Origin: a virus
Taxonomy: Duplodnaviria > Caudoviricetes
DNA length: 63,663 nucleotides
Strand: one strand, 5' to 3'
IMG/VR virus record: IMGVR_UViG_3300021354_000008
Location: 1 to 63,663 of that record
The notes under the pieces are model-generated. The model made no database searches and had not been told where the DNA came from. It saw only the letters and a list, made by a program, of their open reading frames with translations. A program made the position numbers and the translations under genes. Positions within the stretch are counted from its first letter, which is position 1. Every line of letters starts with the position of its first letter. Below are positions 61,001-63,663 of the stretch, piece after piece.

Positions 61001-63663
61001 ACATCAGGTAGTAGTGCCACTGCAGGTACAAGTGGATCTTCTGCAACTAGTGGAACTAATGGTTCTAGTGGAACTGCAGGAACTAATGGTACTTCAGGAA
61101 TCTCAGGAACTAGTGGTGTATCAGGTTCATCAGGAACTTCTGCAACCTCTGGTTCAAGTGGAAGCTCAGCAACATCAGGAGTAAATGGTACATCAGGAGT
61201 TAATGGTACATCTGGTATCAATGGCACATCTGGTGTAAGTGGTACTGCTGGAACATCAGGGTCTTCTGCAACTTCAGGAGCAAATGGTTCATCTGGTACT
61301 TCTGCTTCATCAGGATCTAGTGGCACTACAGGTACTAGTGGATCTAGTGCAACATCAGGAACAGCTGGATCAAGTGGAACATCTGGTACCAATGGTACAA
61401 ATGGCTCATCTGGAACTTCAGCTACATCAGGCACAAATGGTACAAGTGGCTCATCAGCAACATCTGGTGCTAATGGTACAAGTGGATCAAGTGGTACTAC
61501 AGGTACCAATGGCTCATCAGGAACTAGTGGTACTAATGGAACTAATGGTTCATCTGGTACGTCTGGTGTTAATGGCACCTCAGGTACTAGTGGATCATCT
61601 GCTACATCAGGAGCGAATGGTACTTCAGGTACTAATGGATCTTCTGGAACATCTGGCGTAAATGGTACATCTGGCGTGAATGGAACTTCTGGTGTAAATG
61701 GAACTTCTGGAACATCTGGTTCTAGTGGCTCTTCTGGTACAAGTGGTACGAATGGAACCAATGGCTCTTCTGGAACATCAGGTACAAATGGTACTTCAGG
61801 TGCTAATGGTACTAGTGGTTCTTCTGGCACATCTGGAGCTAATGGATCTAGTGGTACATCTGCATCATCAGGTTCTTCTGGAACTGCTGGTGCTAGTGGA
61901 TCATCAGGTACTTCTGGTGCTAATGGAACTTCAGGTAGTTCAGGTACATCTGGAAGCAGTGGTTCTAGTGGAAGCTCTGGTTCTAGTGGCTCAAGCGGCA
62001 CTAGTGCTACATCTGGTAGTTCAGGCTCTTCAGGCAGTAGTGGAAGCTCAGGAACGAGTGCAACGAGTGGAAGTAGCGGTACAGCAGGCACGAGTGGAAG
62101 TTCAGGCTCAAGTGGTACAGCAGGAACTAACGGAACATCTGTAGCTGTATCTGGAACTCCTAATACTGTTGTTAAATTTATAACTGCAAGTACAATAGGG
62201 GATAGTGCAATTACTGATGATGGAACAACTGTTACTTTAGTTTCAAGAGCATTGAGTGGAACAAGTGCTACATTTAATTCTACAAGTAATGTTCCTATAT
62301 TAATAAAATCTTCAAGTGGCTCAAACACAAGTTATTTATATTCAGCAAATGCAGGTTCATCAAGTGATTATCAAGTTGCTTTTGGTTCAAATAATAACGA
62401 TGCTAACATAGTTGCAGGTGGTTCAACAAAATTAATAGTTACATCTTCAGGCAATTTAGGATTAGGAGTTACACCTAGTGCATGGAGTGGGTTTAAAGCA
62501 TTTGATATTGGAACAACAGGGAATTTAGCCTCTTATGGCAGTGGTTCTGATGTTCAACTAAACGCTAACGCTTATTTTAATGGTTCAAATTGGGCATACA
62601 AAACAACTGATGCAGCAGGTAGATTTAGATTAGCAGGTAACGAATTTCAATGGTTTAATGCCCCTTCAGGCACAGCAGGTGCAGCTATATCTTTCACCCA
62701 AGCAATGACCTTAACAAGTGGTGGTAATTTACTTGTAGGAACAACAACTGATGCAGGCTACACACTTGATGTTAATGGTACAGGAAGATTTAGTGGGGTG
62801 TTAAGAGTGGATGGTAATACCGACCCAAATAGTGCTGCTGCGGCTTTCTTTTGGAATCAACCATATTTAGGTCCAACTATTTCAGGTTTTAATTTTGAAG
62901 TAAGAACAGGTAATACAGGTTCACAAGCAAGAAGATTATTTATAAATGAAACAGGTGCAGCTACATTTAGTTCAAGTATTACATCTTCAATAAATACAGC
63001 AGGAATTCAAAATCAATTAATATTAGAAAACCTAAACACAGCAGCAGGGGCAGATGGCAATAGTATATATTTTAAAGGATATCAAGGTTCCTTAGCAAAA
63101 ATTAGTGCTTATGGAATTCCTACACAGCAAGTTGGTGGATATTTACAACTGCAATCATATAGTGATAATACTACTGCTAATACAGGATTAATAATAACTC
63201 AAGGAGGCAATGTAGGAATAGGAACTACAAGTCCAACACAATTATTATCAGTATCTGCACCTGCTGCATTAATGGATGTTACTTCAACAACTTCAACTCA
63301 ATTTAATGGCTTAGAGTTTAAAAATGGGGGTGGTTCATTTTATATAGGACAAGATAATAGTACAGGTAGTTTTTATGGAGGTGGTAATGCTTACGCAGGT
63401 AGTTTATATGTTAGTGGTGCGTATGCATTCAATGTATATACTAATGCTACAAAAAGACTCACCATAGCCTCTACAGGAGCAGCTACATTTAGTAGTAGTG
63501 TAACTTCAAATAATGCAGGTGGAACATTTTTTAATGCTACTAATACTGCTGGTGGTTATGCTAAATTAGAAGTTTCATCTAATGCTACTTCAACTGCAAC
63601 ATTAAGTTTTACAAATTCATTATTAATTACAGGTGGTGCTGCTACATTCTCTAGTAGTGTAAC
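58094..63663 (+). CDS. Giant fibre/adhesin protein 4 (over 1850 aa, truncated by window edge; missing from the ORF track)
   Basis: ATG 58094 (MSYSNITITVNKDLAFEPFDFIQL..., paralogous to the 55410 N-terminus); GTS/GTN tracts; duplicated globular domain; then tail-fibre repeats GNLGLGVTP, GNLLVGTTTDAGYTLDVNG, GNVGIGTTSP. Confidence 0.85.
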   Translation, partial: MSYSNITITVNKDLAFEPFDFIQLSHDADNYIIGKVVTYDFNTGLLVFTPLTFKGSGDYSTWDVALSGMPGVEGTSGTSGTAGSSGSSGTAGTSATSGTSGSSGTSGSSGTSGSSGSSGTDGSSGTSGTSASSGSSGTTGTDGSSGTSGSSGSSGTDGSSGTDGSSGTSGTSGTNGSSGTNGSSGTSATSGTSATSGTNGSNGTSATSGTNGTDGSSGTNGSSGTSGTDGSNGTSGSSGSSGTNGTAGTSGSSATAGTSGSSGSSGTTGTSGTNGTSGTNGTSGSSGSSGSSGTSGSSGTAGTSATSGTNGTHGSSGSSGTAGTSGSSGSSGTSGSSGTSGTNGTSGTNGTNGSSGTSATSGSSGTTGTSGSSGSSASSGSSGTAGTNGTNGSSGTSGTNGTNGSSGTTGTSGTNGTNGSSGTTGTNGSSGTSGTNGTAGSSGTSASSGSSGTSGSSGTTGTSGTNGTAGTSGSAGTSASSGSSGTTGTNGSSGTSGTNGTNGSSGTSGTNGTNGSSGTTGTNGSSGTSGTNGTNGSSGTSGTNGTNGSSGTSGTNGTSGSSATAGTSGSSGSSGSSGTTGTSGTNGTSGSSATAGTSGSSATAGASGNFGGDTLLYTIGNYSSAAGDPTAGKINLNAATLALTTQLYISVTDAQSASVGSWLAALGTSTNGIKGSIRISQNYSSNNYADYQITSSTNNTTYYTVVVSNVVVNGTLPSTTSTTISFARAGNAGSSGTSGTSGTNGTSGTSASSGSSGTTGTSGTTGTSGTNGSSGTSGTNGTNGSSGTSATAGTSGSSATSGASGNFGGDTLLYTIGSYSAAAGDPTAGKINLNGATLAATTQLYISVTDAQSASVGTWLAALGASTNGVKGSIRLSQNYSSNNYADFTITSSTNNTTYYTVVVSNVVVNGTLPAATSSTLSFARAGNAGSSGTSGTSGTNGTAGTSGSSGTSGSSGTSATAGTNGTAGTSGSSATAGTSGSSATSGTNGSSGTAGTNGTSGISGTSGVSGSSGTSATSGSSGSSATSGVNGTSGVNGTSGINGTSGVSGTAGTSGSSATSGANGSSGTSASSGSSGTTGTSGSSATSGTAGSSGTSGTNGTNGSSGTSATSGTNGTSGSSATSGANGTSGSSGTTGTNGSSGTSGTNGTNGSSGTSGVNGTSGTSGSSATSGANGTSGTNGSSGTSGVNGTSGVNGTSGVNGTSGTSGSSGSSGTSGTNGTNGSSGTSGTNGTSGANGTSGSSGTSGANGSSGTSASSGSSGTAGASGSSGTSGANGTSGSSGTSGSSGSSGSSGSSGSSGTSATSGSSGSSGSSGSSGTSATSGSSGTAGTSGSSGSSGTAGTNGTSVAVSGTPNTVVKFITASTIGDSAITDDGTTVTLVSRALSGTSATFNSTSNVPILIKSSSGSNTSYLYSANAGSSSDYQVAFGSNNNDANIVAGGSTKLIVTSSGNLGLGVTPSAWSGFKAFDIGTTGNLASYGSGSDVQLNANAYFNGSNWAYKTTDAAGRFRLAGNEFQWFNAPSGTAGAAISFTQAMTLTSGGNLLVGTTTDAGYTLDVNGTGRFSGVLRVDGNTDPNSAAAAFFWNQPYLGPTISGFNFEVRTGNTGSQARRLFINETGAATFSSSITSSINTAGIQNQLILENLNTAAGADGNSIYFKGYQGSLAKISAYGIPTQQVGGYLQLQSYSDNTTANTGLIITQGGNVGIGTTSPTQLLSVSAPAALMDVTSTTSTQFNGLEFKNGGGSFYIGQDNSTGSFYGGGNAYAGSLYVSGAYAFNVYTNATKRLTIASTGAATFSSSVTSNNAGGTFFNATNTAGGYAKLEVSSNATSTATLSFTNSLLITGGAATFSSSV
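59906..60880 (+). repeat. Internal duplication of a ~128-aa globular domain (59906-60289 and 60497-60880)
   Basis: GASGNFGGDTLLYTIG.YS.AAGDPTAGKINLN.ATLA.TTQLYISVTDAQSASVG.WLAALG.STNG.KGSIR...SFARAGNAG present twice. Confidence 0.9.

Larger units (their letters stand above)
51929..62140 (+). repeat. Degenerate 9-nt-period repeats encoding (Gly-X-Y)n with X/Y mostly Thr, Ser, Asn, Asp, Ala
   Basis: Approximate tracts 51929-52217, 52470-53040, 54301-54640, 54898-55090, 55620-56710, 56961-58005, 58294-59915, 60281-60505, 60872-62140. Confidence 0.9.

Noticed and set aside
51929-62140. InaZ-type ice nucleation protein
   Set aside because: Period is 3 residues, not the 8/16-residue AGYGSTxT repeat; no Tyr ladder
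51838-62328. Long antisense (VPLVPEEP-rich) and alternative-frame (VLVVQ/MVH-rich) ORFs over the fibre genes
   Set aside because: Shadow ORFs: GGN-ACN-TCN/AGT repeats lack stops in other frames, and these ORFs start and end with the repeat tracts
1-63663. Stop-codon reassignment as in some crAss-like clades
   Set aside because: Genes are full length under code 11, and TAA, TGA (e.g. 3489, 13110) and TAG (8646, 51629) all end genes at sensible boundaries
51779-63663. Diversity-generating retroelement or invertible tail-fibre cassette
   Set aside because: No reverse transcriptase or invertase in the window, and differences between the duplicated domains are synonymous rather than adenine-specific

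Overview
This window is the structural/late arm of a crAss-like (Crassvirales-related) podovirus, almost certainly infecting a Bacteroidota host. The host call rests on TTTG-N19-21-TAnnTTTG promoters and A-rich, Shine-Dalgarno-less starts; the phage uses the standard genetic code 11. The left ~0.75 kb holds the end of a divergent minus-strand arm, followed by a non-coding control region with G-rich repeats and a dense array of different palindromes. The + strand then runs: small regulatory genes (wHTH, HU/IHF-like, Zn-finger), terminase, portal, SPFH protein, scaffold, major capsid protein, a structured intergenic element plus HNH endonuclease, ring/auxiliary capsid/hub proteins, Cys- and Thr-rich fibre proteins, a metallophosphoesterase, ring proteins, a split muzzle (tail stabilisation) gene, motif-punctuated cargo proteins, a 3723-aa virion RNA polymerase polyprotein (GSDFDIDK), a 1618-aa PD-(D/E)xK cargo protein and four Gly-Thr-Ser triplet-repeat fibre genes. 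The last fibre gene is missing from the ORF track and runs off the window edge. The most novel-looking signals are (i) the array of distinct operator-like palindromes at 961-1220, (ii) a two-box regulon shared by the late promoters, (iii) cargo proteins built from modules delimited by short repeated motifs that also form DNA microhomologies, and (iv) a Pro-free Gly-Thr-Ser/poly-Thr/Cys-rich modular virion-surface system. All product calls come from motif recognition and synteny; no database search was run.
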